From an uncultured Thermoleophilia bacterium (GTDB lineage: Bacteria; Actinomycetota; Thermoleophilia; UBA2241): a DNA stretch of 64,000 nt. Below, piece after piece: positions 9,891-20,248 of the stretch. The stretch spans positions 224,001-288,000 of the forward strand of contig CAVPCT010000006.1 in assembly GCA_963702475.1 (NCBI GenBank). The letters run 5' to 3'. How positions within the stretch are numbered: position 1 is the first letter of the stretch; each line of letters begins with the position of its first letter. The notes under the pieces are model-generated. The model did no database searches. It saw only the letters and a program-made list of their open reading frames with translations, and was not told the DNA's origin. The position numbers and the translations under genes were made by a program.

Positions 9891-11255
9891 TCCTCCTGCT
9901 CGGAGGGACGGGCGACGCGCGCGAGCTGGCGGCCAAGCTGCGGCGCGCCGGTCACGACGTGCTGCGTGAGCACCGTGAGCGAGTACGGCGCCCGCCTGGC
10001 GGCGGGCGCCGGCGCCGAGGTCCGCAGCGGCGCTCTGGACGAGGCCGAGCTGGACGGGCTCGTCGGTGAGGCGGTCGCCGTCGTGGACGCGACACACCCG
10101 TTCGCCGCGGCGATCTCCGCGGCGGCGGAGGCGGCCTGCGAACGGCGCGGCCGGCCGTACCTGAGGTTCGCGCGGCCGGCTCGCGAGCTCGGCGACGGCG
10201 TCGTGCGCGCGACGGACGCCGCGAAGGCCGCGCGCCTGGCGGTGGTCGCGGCGCTCGCCGGGGCGCGCGATGAGGCGGCCGGCGGTGCGCCGCCGGCGAT
10301 CCTGCTCACCGTCGGCAGCAAGACGGTGGACGTGTACGCGCGTGCGGCCCGCGAAGCCGGTGTGCGCGTGGTCGCCCGCGTGCTCCCGGTCCCTGAGTCG
10401 TTGGCGGCCTGTGCCGCTGCCGGCCTGGAGCCGCGCGACATCGTGGCCATGCAGGGGCCGACGACGGCGGAGGTGGACGCCGCGCTGCTCCGTCACCTGG
10501 GCGCGAGCGTCCTGGTGACGAAGGACAGCGGCGACGCCGGCGGTCTGGGCGAGAAGCTGCGCGCCGCCGAGCTGGCCGGCGCAACGGCCGTCGTCGTCGC
10601 GCGACCCGGATCGGCCGCCGCCGGCGAGGCTGCGCCGGCCGGCGCTGAAGCCTCGGACGTCACCGCCGTGCTCGCCTGGCTCGCGGGGATCGGCAGGCGA
10701 TCCGAGGGCACGCCGAAGGCCGGCGCGGACCGGAGCCTCTCGCGCGGCCTCCTGCAGGTCTACACCGGTGACGGCAAGGGCAAGACCACCGCCGCCGCCG
10801 GCCTGGCGCTGCGCGCCCGCGGCGCCGGCCTGCAGGTCGTCTTCGTCCAGTTCGTCAAAGGCGGAACAGAGAGTTCGGAGCTGGCGCCGCTGCGCGCCTC
10901 CGGAGTGCGTGTCGAGCGCCCTGCGGTCGCGCGCAGCGGCCTGCTCCGAGGAGAAGTGACGCCTGAAGACCGGGCCGCCGCCGCCGCGGCCTGGGCCGCG
11001 GCCCGGGCGGCCCTGACCGACGGGTCCTGCGACCTCGTGGTGCTCGACGAGCTGCACGCCGCCCTGCGGCACGAGCTCGTCGAGCTGGACGAGGTCCTCG
11101 CTGCGCTCGAGGCTCGTCCGGCGCACCAGGAGGTCGTGACCACCGGCCGCGGCGCGCCGCAGGCGCTGCTCGACGCGGCCGGTCTGATCACCGAGATGAC
11201 CGTCATGCGCCACCCGTATCCCGACGTCCCCGCCCGCAGAGGAATCGAGCTGTGA
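9887..11255 (+). CDS. cbiJ: precorrin-6x reductase CbiJ fused to cob(I)yrinate adenosyltransferase (CobO/BtuR type); apparent frameshift near 9965
   Basis: ILLLGGTGDA, VVDATHPFA, AMQGP, LVTKDSG..GG..EK, then in the same frame GLLQVYTGDGKGKTTAA.GLALRA.GAG, VVLDE, VVTTGR, ARRGIE. Confidence 0.88.
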
Positions 11256-12876
11256 ACCCTTCGCCGTCGCCCGCCACGCCCGCCCGTCCGGCCCCCAGCA
11301 CCGCATCAGTCACCGGCTCCCGACAGTCCGGCGCCCGCGCCGTCATGTGCGTCGGCACCGGCTCGCACGCCGGCAAGAGTGTGCTGGCAGCCGCCCTCTG
11401 CCGCATCTACGCACGCCGCGGCTACCGCGTCGCGCCGTTCAAGTCCCAGAACATGGCCCTCAACTCGTTCGTCACGCCGGAGGGCGGCGAGCTCGGCCGC
11501 GCGCAGGCGTACCAGGCGCGCGCGGCTGGGGTCGAGCCGCACGTGGACATGAATCCGGTGCTGCTCAAACCGAGCTCTCAGACCGGCAGCCAGGTCATCG
11601 TCCTCGGCCGTCCCGTGCGCCACATGTCGGTGCGCGAGTACCACGCGTACCAAGCCGAGGCGTGGCCGATCGTCACCGCCGCCTACGAGCGCCTGCGCGC
11701 CGTCAACGACCTCATCGTCATCGAGGGTGCCGGCAGCCCGGCCGAGATCAACCTCCGCGGCCAGGACATCGTCAACATGAAGGTCGCGCTCTACGCCCAG
11801 TGCCCCGTGTTGCTCATCGGCGACATCGACCGCGGCGGTGTGTTCGCCAGTCTGGTAGGCCACATGGAGCTGTTCACGCCGGAGGAGCGCGAGCGCGTCG
11901 CAGCGTTCGTCATCAACAAGTTCCGCGGGGACGCGAGCCTGCTGGACTCCGGCATCGAGTTCCTGCAGGAGCGGACCGGCGTGCCGACCCTGGGCGTCGT
12001 GCCCATGCTCACCGATTGGCGCGGGGACGAGGAAGACTCGCTCGGCATCGAGGACCGGCGGCGCCGGGCGAAGCCGGATGCGCCGCTGCAGGTCGCCGTC
12101 GTGCGCCTGCCGTTCATCAGCAACTACACGGACTTCGACGCCCTTGCCGACGAGCCGGACGTGAACGTGCGGTACGCGACGACGCCGGCAGAGCTGGACG
12201 GTGCGGCCGCGGTCGTGCTGCCCGGCACCAAGAGCACGATCGCCGACCTGCGAGTGGCTGCGAGACGAGCGGCATGGCGGCGGCGGTGCTGGCGCGGGCC
12301 GCCGCCGGCACGCCTGTGCTCGGCGTGTGCGGCGGCTACCAGATGCTCGGCCGCCGCATCCACGACCCCGAGCATGTCGAGTCCGACGCCGGCAGCGTCG
12401 ACGGCCTCGGCCTGCTCGACGTCGAGACGACGTTCGCCGGCGACAAGCGCACCGTGCGTGTGGAGGGCGAGTTGCTCGGCGCCGGGGACGGCACGCCGTC
12501 GGCCCTCGGCCCGGCCGGCACGCCGTTGCACGGCTACGAGATCCACATGGGCCGGACCACGCTCGGCTCCGGCGCCGCGCCGCTGCTGCGGCTGCGCGGC
12601 GCCGACGGCTCGGTGCACGACGACGGCGCCGTCTCGGCCGCCCCGGCTTCGCCCGCCGCCCCCACGGCCGTCTGCGGCAGCTACGTGCACGGCATCTTCG
12701 ACCATCCGGCTTTGGGCGGCGCGTTCCTCGACGGGCTCCGCGCCGCCCGCGGCCTGCCGCTCCGCGGCGCGACCGCGACCCCGCCCGACGACGACATCGA
12801 CCGCCTCGCCGACCACGTCGAGGCCCATCTGGACGCCGAGCTCCTCGAACGCATCGTCGGCTTGGAGGCACGATGA
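11252..12876 (+). CDS. cbiP: adenosylcobyric acid synthase; apparent frameshift(s) at 12250-12262
   Basis: GTGSHAGKS, PFKSQNMALNS, MNPVLLKP, EGAGSPAEINL, DIDRGG, ISNYTDF, LPGTKST, then GVCGGYQMLG, GYEIHMG, GSYVHG. Confidence 0.93.
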
Positions 12877-14445
12877 CCGACCACATCGCCACTGCGATCG
12901 TCACCCCGGAGGGTGACCTGGCGTCTGACGTCACCCCCGAGGGTGACGTTCCTGAGGGCGTCGTTCCCGGCACCGTCTACCTCGTCGGCGCCGGCCCCGG
13001 CGACCCCGGGCTGCTGACCCGTCATGGCGCCGACGCCCTCTCCCGCGCCGACGTCGTCGTCTACGACCGTCTCGCGGACAACTCGATGCTTTCCCTCGCG
13101 CCGGCCGACGCCGAGCTGATCTACGTGGGCAAGCAGGCCGCCGTGCACGCCGTGCCGCAGAAGCGCATCAACGAGTTGCTGGCCGAGCACGCGCTGCAGG
13201 GCAAGTGCGTCGTGCGCCTCAAAGGCGGCGACCCGTTCGTGTTCGGTCGCGGCGGCGAGGAGGCCACGCATCTGCGTGAGCGCGGCGTGCCGTTCATCGT
13301 CGTCCCCGGGGTGAGCTCGTCCATCGCCGCCCCAGCCTACGCGGGCATCCCAGTCACCGACCGCCGGTACGCCAGCAGCTTCGCCGTCATCACCGGGCAC
13401 GAGGACCCGACCAAGCCGTGCTCGCGGGTCGACTGGGCCGGCGTCGCCAAGGGCGCCGACACCCTGGTGTTCCTCATGGCACTGACCAATCTGAAGGCAG
13501 TGGCAGAGCGGCTGATCGTCGAGGGCCGCCCGGCGGAGACCCCTGCGGCCGTCATCGAACGCGGCACCACGCCTGGCCAGCGCGTCGTCACCGGCACCCT
13601 GGCCGACATCGAGGCGCGTGTGCGGAGCGCCGGCCTGCACCCTCCGGCGCTCATCGTCGTCGGCGAGGTCGTGAAGCTGCGCGACGTGCTCGCCTGGCAC
13701 GACACGCAGCCGCTGGCCGGGCGCCGCATCCTGGTGCCCCGCGTGCGGCGGCGTCCCAGCGAGATCGTGCGGCTGCTCAAGGCCGCCGGCGCCGACACCG
13801 CCGAGGTGCCGGTGCTGCGCTCCGACACCCTGCCGGCGGCGCCGGACCTGGTGCAGCGTCTGCACGCGGCGGCATGGCTCGTGTTCACCTCGCCGGGCGG
13901 CCTGGATGCGTTGCTCGAGCAGCTTGCGGAGCTGGGCCTCGACGTGCGCGCCCTCGGCGCCGCGCGGGTCGCGGCCGTCGGTCCCGCCACTGCCGCGCAC
14001 CTGCGCCGTCACGGCCTGCGCGTCGATCACGACGCCGGAGACCCCGGCGAGCTTCGTGCCGGCCTGCCGGACGTGCGCGGAGCGACCCTGCTGCTGATCG
14101 GCGAGGCCCGCGGGGAGACGACCACGTGGCCCGCGGCCTCGACGCCCTCGCCGCCCAGGTCATCGTCACGCCGGTGTTCCGCATCGCCGTCGATGACCGC
14201 GCCCCGCTGCCCCCGGTGGACGAGTTCGACGCCGTGGCGTTCGCCAGCTCGAACACGGCACGGCGCTTTCTGGAGGCCTACCCGGACGGGCCGGCCGACG
14301 GGCAGTACCTGGTGAGCATCGGGCCTTCCACGACGGCGACGGCCCGGTCGTTGGGACTCCGGGTGGACGACGAGGCGGCAGAGTCGTCGCCTGCGGCCGT
14401 GGTACGGCTGATCATCGAGAGGCTCGGCCCGGCGGCGCGTCGTGA
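12873..14445 (+). CDS. cobA: uroporphyrinogen-III C-methyltransferase/uroporphyrinogen-III synthase fusion (CobA-HemD); frameshift near 14113, 3' end uncertain
   Basis: VYLVGAGPGDPGLLT, VVYDRL, VRLKGGDPFVFGRGGEE, YAGIPVT, then PLAGRRILV, VFTSPGG, AVGPATA, FASSNT, SIGPST. Confidence 0.88.
12900..12948 (+). repeat. two copies of a GTCACCCCNGAGGGTGAC inverted-repeat unit (VTPEGD) at the 5' end of cobA
   Basis: Direct reading: gtcaccccggagggtgac ... gtcacccccgagggtgac. Confidence 0.6.
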
Positions 14446-14461
14446 CGCACGGGTCCTTCGA

Positions 14462-15210
14462 TCAGCCGCGACTGCCGCGGCTCCGCGGGTCAGGACTCCG
14501 GGCTGGCCTCGGCCAGCACGCGCACGAGCACGGCGCGCGCCTGTACCTCGGCCTCAGCGGCCTGCCGGCAGCCGCCAACAGCCGCGCCAGCGGCAGGTCG
14601 AGCACCTCGTGCCAGGCCGCGCGCCGCGCGGCCGGCGGGACGCCGGCCGCGATCGCGCGCGGCTCCCACTCGGCCCTGAGGCGTCCGAGCAGCTCAGTGA
14701 GCGCGCCCCACTCGGGGCCGAACTCGGCGTCCAGCCGTTCGCGGATGCGGCGCGCGAGCGCGGGGCTCGCGCCGCCGGTCGAGACCGCGATGCGCAGCGC
14801 GCCGCGGCGCACGACGGCCGGCAGCACCACGTCGCCTTCGTCCGGCTCGTCCACGACGTTCACCCATACGCCGCGCTCGCGCGCGAGCCGCGCGACGCGG
14901 GCGTTGAGCTCGCGGTCGTCGCTGGCCGCCACCGAGAGCGTGACGCCGTCGAGGTCGTCGTCGCGGAACGGTCGCAGCGTGACCGTCACGCCGCCGGGCA
15001 TCGCCAGGCACTGGGGAGCAACCACCGTGACGGCGCGCCCGCCTCGGCCAGGCCCTCCGCCTTGCGCTGCGCCACGACACCGCCGCCCACCACGAGGCAG
15101 GGACGCCCGCGCAGGTCGAGCCCGGCCTGGTACAGGCGCCGGGGCTCGTGGCCGCCGGCGGCCCCGGCACCCGTCCTCGCGTCGTCAGGCTCTGGTGCTT
15201 GCTCGCTCAC
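14462..15210 (-). CDS. sirC: precorrin-2 dehydrogenase (SirC/CysG N-terminal type); frameshift near 15030, 3' end uncertain
   Basis: LDLRGRPCLVVGGGVVAQRK then shifted frame VVAP...NVVDEP..GD.VLPAVVRRG.LRIAVSTGGASPALARRIR. Confidence 0.87.
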
Positions 15211-15263
15211 GCCGCACAGGATACACGCCGCTCGTGCGGCCTTGTCGCCGGGGGGAGCTGACC

Positions 15264-16997
15264 GTGCACATCATGGAGGGCTACCTGCCGCCGCTGTACG
15301 CCGCCGTCTGGACGGTCGCCTCGGCGCCGGCCGTGGTGCAGAGCGTGCGCAGCACGGCGCGCATCGTCAACGAGAAGCGCTCGTCGCTGCTTCTCCTCGG
15401 CGCGGCCGGCGGCTTCTGCTTCGTGCTCTCGGCCCTCAAGCTCCCGTCGGTCACCGGCAGCTCATCGCACCCCACGGGGGTAGGCCTGGGGGCGATCCTG
15501 TTCGGACCCTGGGTGATGGTCCTCGTGGGGACCATCGTGCTCGCCTTCCAGGCGCTTCTGCTCGGTCACGGCGGCATCACGACCCTGGGAGCCAATGTCT
15601 TCTCCATGGCCATAGTGGGCTCGTTCGTCGCGTACTTCACGTGGCGCCTCGCCCGGCGTAGAGGTCTCTCGATGCCGGTGTCCGCGTTCCTCGCCGCCAT
15701 GTTCAGCGACCTTGCGACCTACCTGACCACGTCTGTGCAGTTGGCCTGGGCGTTTCCCGACCCAGCCGGGGGCTTCATCGGATCCCTGGCCAAGTTCGCC
15801 GGGGTGTTCGCGTTCACGCAGCTGCCCCTCGCGGTCGTGGAGGGTGTCCTGACCATGCTCGTGGTCCAGACGCTCCTCGCCCACGGGCGCGCCGACCTGG
15901 CCGCCACCGGCTTGCTCGAAGACGACAAGACCCCGGCCGTGGCCTTTCGCAAGGTCGCTGTGGCCGGCGGCCTCGCCGTGCTTGTCGTCGTGGCCGCCGC
16001 CGCTCTCGTATCGTTCGGTGTGCTGGATCTCGGTGGTTCGGACGACAAGGCGCAGGCCGCCGTCGACGCGCTCCGGCCGGGCTACACGCCGTGGTTCCGG
16101 ACGCTCTGGGAACCGGGGAGCTCGGGTCTGGAGAGCGCTCTCTTCGCGCTGCAGGCGGCGATCGGCGTAGCCGCCATCAGCCTCTACGTGCGGCACGTGC
16201 GCCGCCGCCGCCGCGACATGTCGCGACGCGAGCAGGGCGGCGGCCTGAACCTCATCGACAGCGCCGCCCACGGCAACCGCATCGCCCGTGCGAGTGCGGT
16301 GGAGAAGATGACCTTCACGGCAGGGATGCTGCTGCTCGCCCTGGTCCTGCCGCCGATACCCGGGGACCTGTTCGTCATCGCCGCGGCCGTGATCGCGACG
16401 CTCGCCGTGGCGCGTATCCCGTTGCGCGTCTACGCCAAGGTCATGGCGATCCCGCTCGTCTTCCTGCTCATCGGCGTGGTGCCTCTGCTCTTCAGTCTCA
16501 CGCTCGGCGGCCCTGGGCTCCTGCGTCTTTCGGCGGCCCCGGACGGACCGCAGCTCGCGCTGCGCGTGGCGCTGCGCGCGGCCGCCGGCCTCACCAGTCT
16601 CATCTTCCTGGCTCTCTCCACCCCCCTGCCGCAGATCCTGCTGGCCCTGCGCCGCATGGGCATGCCGGCGGTGGTCGTCGAGGTCGCGGCGCTCGTCTAC
16701 CGCTCCATCTGGACCTTCGTCGAGACGGTCGCGGCCACCCGCCGCGCCCAGGCGGCGCGGCTGGGGTATCGCTCGTTCCGCAGCTCGTACCGCTCGTTGG
16801 GCATGCTGACCGCCTCGTTCTTCGGCCGCTCCCTGCAGCGCGCCCGTGCCCTGGAGAACGGCCTCGCGGCGCGCAACTGGCACGGTGAGCTCCGCGTGCT
16901 CGACGAGGAGGCGGCGGTGTGCGTCAAGCACGTGACGCTGATCATCGGCCTGCAGGCCGTCATCGTCCTGCTTACGCTGCTCTGGGTGCTGCAGTGA
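15264..16997 (+). CDS. cbiM: cobalt ECF transporter, CbiM-CbiN-CbiQ encoded as one ORF
   Basis: N-terminal (V/M)HIMEG after SD; LKLPSVTGSSSHPTG, HGGITTLGAN (CbiM); GSDD.A...PGYTPWF..LWEP..LES.LFALQAAIG (CbiN); LSTP...YR..ARLGY..R (CbiQ). Confidence 0.88.
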   Translation: MHIMEGYLPPLYAAVWTVASAPAVVQSVRSTARIVNEKRSSLLLLGAAGGFCFVLSALKLPSVTGSSSHPTGVGLGAILFGPWVMVLVGTIVLAFQALLLGHGGITTLGANVFSMAIVGSFVAYFTWRLARRRGLSMPVSAFLAAMFSDLATYLTTSVQLAWAFPDPAGGFIGSLAKFAGVFAFTQLPLAVVEGVLTMLVVQTLLAHGRADLAATGLLEDDKTPAVAFRKVAVAGGLAVLVVVAAAALVSFGVLDLGGSDDKAQAAVDALRPGYTPWFRTLWEPGSSGLESALFALQAAIGVAAISLYVRHVRRRRRDMSRREQGGGLNLIDSAAHGNRIARASAVEKMTFTAGMLLLALVLPPIPGDLFVIAAAVIATLAVARIPLRVYAKVMAIPLVFLLIGVVPLLFSLTLGGPGLLRLSAAPDGPQLALRVALRAAAGLTSLIFLALSTPLPQILLALRRMGMPAVVVEVAALVYRSIWTFVETVAATRRAQAARLGYRSFRSSYRSLGMLTASFFGRSLQRARALENGLAARNWHGELRVLDEEAAVCVKHVTLIIGLQAVIVLLTLLWVLQ

Positions 16998-17866
16998 GCG
17001 TACAGACTCCGCCCGCCCTCGCCGCCCGCGAGCTCACCTACCGCTACGGCGACGTGGTGGGCGTCAACGGGCTGTCGCTCGACGTGAGCGAGGGCCGGCG
17101 CCTGGCCATCGTCGGCGCGAACGGCGCCGGCAAGACGACGCTGCTCCTGCACCTGAACGGGACCCATCGTCCGCTTTCCGGAGAGGTGCTGCTGCGGGGG
17201 GCGCCGATCGCTTACGACCGCCAGGGGCTCACGGCGCTGCGCACCGCGGTGGGACTGGTCTTCCAGAACCCCGACGACCAGCTGTTCGCCGGCAGCGTGT
17301 TCCAGGACGTGTCGTTCGGACCGCTCAATATCGGCCTCTCGGAGGCTGCGGCACGCGAGCGCGTGGAGGACGCTCTGGATGCGCTGGAGATCGCGCATCT
17401 GCGCGACCGGCCCACGCACATGTTGAGCTACGGCCAGAAGAAGCGCGCCGCCATCGCCGGCGCTGTGGCCATGCGGCCGGACGTGCTGATCCTGGACGAG
17501 CCCATGGCCGGCCTCGACCCGAGCGGGTCGTGGCACCTCATGGGCCTGCTCACGCGGTTGCACGAGACGGGCACGACGCTCGTTGTCGCCACCCACGACA
17601 TGAGCCTCGCGTACGAGTGGGCCGACGAGGTCGCGGTGCTCCGCGCCGGCGCGATCGTGGCGCACGGCAAGCCCCAGGACGTGATGCACGACCCGGCAGA
17701 GCTCGCACACTGCGGCCTGCGCGTGCCGTGGGTCGCCGACGTCGCGCAGACCCTGCGTGCGTGCGGCGTGCTGCCGGCCGATGTGCCGCCGCCGCGCACG
17801 CGAGACGAGCTCAAGGAGCTCATCGCCGTGCGCTGCGGCCTGGGCCGGCCGGCGGAAGGGCGATAG
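16994..17866 (+). CDS. cbiO: cobalt ECF transporter ATPase
   Basis: GANGAGKTT, VFQNPDDQLF, LSYGQKKR, ILDEP, ATHD. Confidence 0.94.
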   Translation: MSVQTPPALAARELTYRYGDVVGVNGLSLDVSEGRRLAIVGANGAGKTTLLLHLNGTHRPLSGEVLLRGAPIAYDRQGLTALRTAVGLVFQNPDDQLFAGSVFQDVSFGPLNIGLSEAAARERVEDALDALEIAHLRDRPTHMLSYGQKKRAAIAGAVAMRPDVLILDEPMAGLDPSGSWHLMGLLTRLHETGTTLVVATHDMSLAYEWADEVAVLRAGAIVAHGKPQDVMHDPAELAHCGLRVPWVADVAQTLRACGVLPADVPPPRTRDELKELIAVRCGLGRPAEGR

Positions 17867-17869
17867 GAG

Positions 17870-18691
17870 ATGCGCATGAGCAAAGGCGAACGGCTCGTCG
17901 CGGCTCTTGACCTTACGGAGCCGCTTCGTCGAGCAGCGATGCATGAGGCGGCCGCGGCGTTCGCCCCGGCGGCAGGCAGCCACGGCCTCGACGTCGGCTG
18001 CGGCACCGGCAGCCAGGCGCTGCTGCTGGCCGGGCTAGCCGGGTCCGGCGGACGCGTCACCGGCGTGGACATCTCCGGTGAGGTACTGGCGCGGGCCGCA
18101 GAGCATGCGGTTGCTGCCGGCCTCGCGGGCCACGTGGACTTCGTCGCCGGCGACATGGCCCGACTGCCCTTCGCCGATGACACCTTCGACTGGCTGTGGA
18201 GCGCCGACTGCGTCGGGTATCCCTGCGGCGACCCGCTGCCGGCCCTCCGCGAGGCGGTCCGCGTGGTCAGGCCGGGCGGCCGCGTCGCTGTCGTGGCGTG
18301 GACCTCGCAGGTGCTGCTGCCCGGCCACGCCATGCTGGAGGCGCGGCTCAACGCGACCTGCTCGGCCTACGCGCCGTACCTGCAGGCGGCGCCCGGCGAG
18401 ACACAGTTCCTCCGGGCGCCGGCGTGGTTCGCGGCGGCCGGTCTGACGGGCGCCGCCGTGCGCACCTTCGTCGGCGAGGTGCGCGAGCCTCTGGACGAGG
18501 ACGTCCGGGCGGCGCTGGCCGCCCTGTTCGAGATGCTGTGGGGCGCGCCGCAGCCGGGCGTCGCAGAGGCCGACGTGGCCGAGTTCCGGCGGCTGTGCCG
18601 CCCCGACTCGGCCGCGTTCATCGGCGACCTGCCCGGCTACTACGGCTTCTTCACGTACACCATGGTCGTCGGGACGGTGCTGTCCGCCTGA
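17870..18691 (+). CDS. class I SAM-dependent methyltransferase (UbiE-like)
   Basis: LDVGCGTG, VTGVDIS, GDMARLPFADDTFD, RVVRPGG. Confidence 0.85.
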   Translation: MRMSKGERLVAALDLTEPLRRAAMHEAAAAFAPAAGSHGLDVGCGTGSQALLLAGLAGSGGRVTGVDISGEVLARAAEHAVAAGLAGHVDFVAGDMARLPFADDTFDWLWSADCVGYPCGDPLPALREAVRVVRPGGRVAVVAWTSQVLLPGHAMLEARLNATCSAYAPYLQAAPGETQFLRAPAWFAAAGLTGAAVRTFVGEVREPLDEDVRAALAALFEMLWGAPQPGVAEADVAEFRRLCRPDSAAFIGDLPGYYGFFTYTMVVGTVLSA

Positions 18692-18760
18692 GCGGTCCGC
18701 GGAGCCGGCCGTGACGAGTGGATACGCGGTCCGGCCGGGCCGGTGGCGGCCGCCTGCAGC

Positions 18761-20248
18761 TCAGCCCGCGAACGTCACCCCGTCGCGGCGGCACATGGCT
18801 CTGACGGCCTTGTGCCCCGACTGGGCGGCCGTGGTGATGCCGCCCCAGCTCTCCACCCACTGCCCGGCCATCCAGAAGCCGTCCAGGCCGGGGTGGTCGT
18901 ACCGCGGGCCGCCTCGGAGCAGCGCCCTCATCACGCCGGCGTCGGGACGCCGCGCCTGCATGGCGCCCATGCGGTTTCCGGTGTAGCGCTCTCTCGTCAG
19001 CGGTGTGGACACGTCCACGACCTCGACCCTCGCGGCGAAGCCCGGCCGGCGCTTGTCGATCTCCTCCACGACGAGTTCCGCGCACCTGCGCTTCTCGGCC
19101 TCGTAGGCCGGGCGGTCCGCGGCGAGATCCCGCCAGAAAGGGTAGCCGGACTCGAGGAAGACGGTCAGCGCGCTCTTGCCGGGCGGCGCGGCCTGCTTGT
19201 CGTGGTGCTTGTGGTGGACGGTGATGCGTGACTGCCGCCGGCCTCCGGCGCTCGGCTGGGCCGGCAAGAGGTACGTGCGTGCCGGCCCCTCCCACACCTC
19301 GTCCACGCCGAGGTTCACCTGCACCGGCTGGTCCGAGAGTCGGCCGAGGTCGAAGCGTCCGTCGTCCGGCTCCCCGAGCAGCGAGGTACGCGTGAACTGT
19401 CCGTCGACGGCCGAGAGTGAACGGTCGGCGCCGACGATCTCGCCGCAGTCGAGCACCACGCCAGTCACGGCCCCTGCAGACGTCCGTAGGCCCGTCACCT
19501 TCGTCCGGTAGCGGATCTCGCCACCCAGGTCGAGGAAGCGCCGCTCGATGGCGCGGGCGAAGTCCAGCCAGCCGTGCCGCGGGATCCCCGTCAGCCGTCG
19601 ATGGGCGTAGGCGAGCGGGAGCAGCACCGTGAGCAGGGGGACGTCGGGCCCACCGAAGTGGACGAGGTTGTTGAAGACCTGGTAGCAGAACGGGTCCCTG
19701 ATCCGGCGGTCGAACTCGCGCAGGGTCAGACGGCCGTAGCGTACGACTGCCGGGAGGCTGAGGAGTTGCGCGGCTGTGTCGCGGGCGCGCCGGCCTGCCC
19801 TGCCGCGGCCGTCTCCGGAGGGAAAGGGGATGTCCAGACGGGCGCAGGCGCGAAGCGCCTTCGTGAAGTCACACACCTGGCCGGCGTCGAGCGGGAACTC
19901 GTCGAGGAAGTGCGCCTCGAGGCGGTCGATGTCGGTGTAGACCGTGACGCTCCGGCCGGAGGGATCGACGACGCTGCCGAAGTCCTCGGGGTCGTACAGG
20001 GGGCAGCCGTCGATGACGCCGAGGTCCTGCCAGAGACGGTAGATGGGCGCCGACGGCCCGGTACCGGCCAGCCCGGCTACGCTGCCATCGAAGAGGTAGC
20101 CCTTGCGGCGCCACGAAGTGCAGAGGCCGCCGGGCAGATCGTGCATCTCGAGGATCGTCACGCGGTAGCCGCTGCGGGCGGCGTAGATGCCGGCCGAGAG
20201 GCCGGCCACGCCGCCGCCGATGACGACGAGGCGATGCGCCGGGCTCAC
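18761..20248 (-). CDS. FAD-dependent oxidoreductase, phytoene desaturase (CrtI)-like family
   Basis: VIGGGVAGL, EMHDLPGGLCTSWRRKGYLFD, TPLT.ERYTGN..G, MAGQW..GG. Confidence 0.85.
   Translation of the reverse strand: MSPAHRLVVIGGGVAGLSAGIYAARSGYRVTILEMHDLPGGLCTSWRRKGYLFDGSVAGLAGTGPSAPIYRLWQDLGVIDGCPLYDPEDFGSVVDPSGRSVTVYTDIDRLEAHFLDEFPLDAGQVCDFTKALRACARLDIPFPSGDGRGRAGRRARDTAAQLLSLPAVVRYGRLTLREFDRRIRDPFCYQVFNNLVHFGGPDVPLLTVLLPLAYAHRRLTGIPRHGWLDFARAIERRFLDLGGEIRYRTKVTGLRTSAGAVTGVVLDCGEIVGADRSLSAVDGQFTRTSLLGEPDDGRFDLGRLSDQPVQVNLGVDEVWEGPARTYLLPAQPSAGGRRQSRITVHHKHHDKQAAPPGKSALTVFLESGYPFWRDLAADRPAYEAEKRRCAELVVEEIDKRRPGFAARVEVVDVSTPLTRERYTGNRMGAMQARRPDAGVMRALLRGGPRYDHPGLDGFWMAGQWVESWGGITTAAQSGHKAVRAMCRRDGVTFAG

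Noticed and set aside
5000-15040. Programmed ribosomal frameshifting in cob genes
   Set aside because: No slippery heptamers or consistent stimulators; the pattern fits sequencing indels.
15211-15263. Cobalamin riboswitch before cbiM (and before btuF, 35850-35882)
   Set aside because: Gaps are too short and no B12-box motif was recognised; one could exist upstream of the window.
18761-20248. Carotenoid biosynthesis cluster
   Set aside because: A lone CrtI-like oxidoreductase with no crtB/crtE neighbours.
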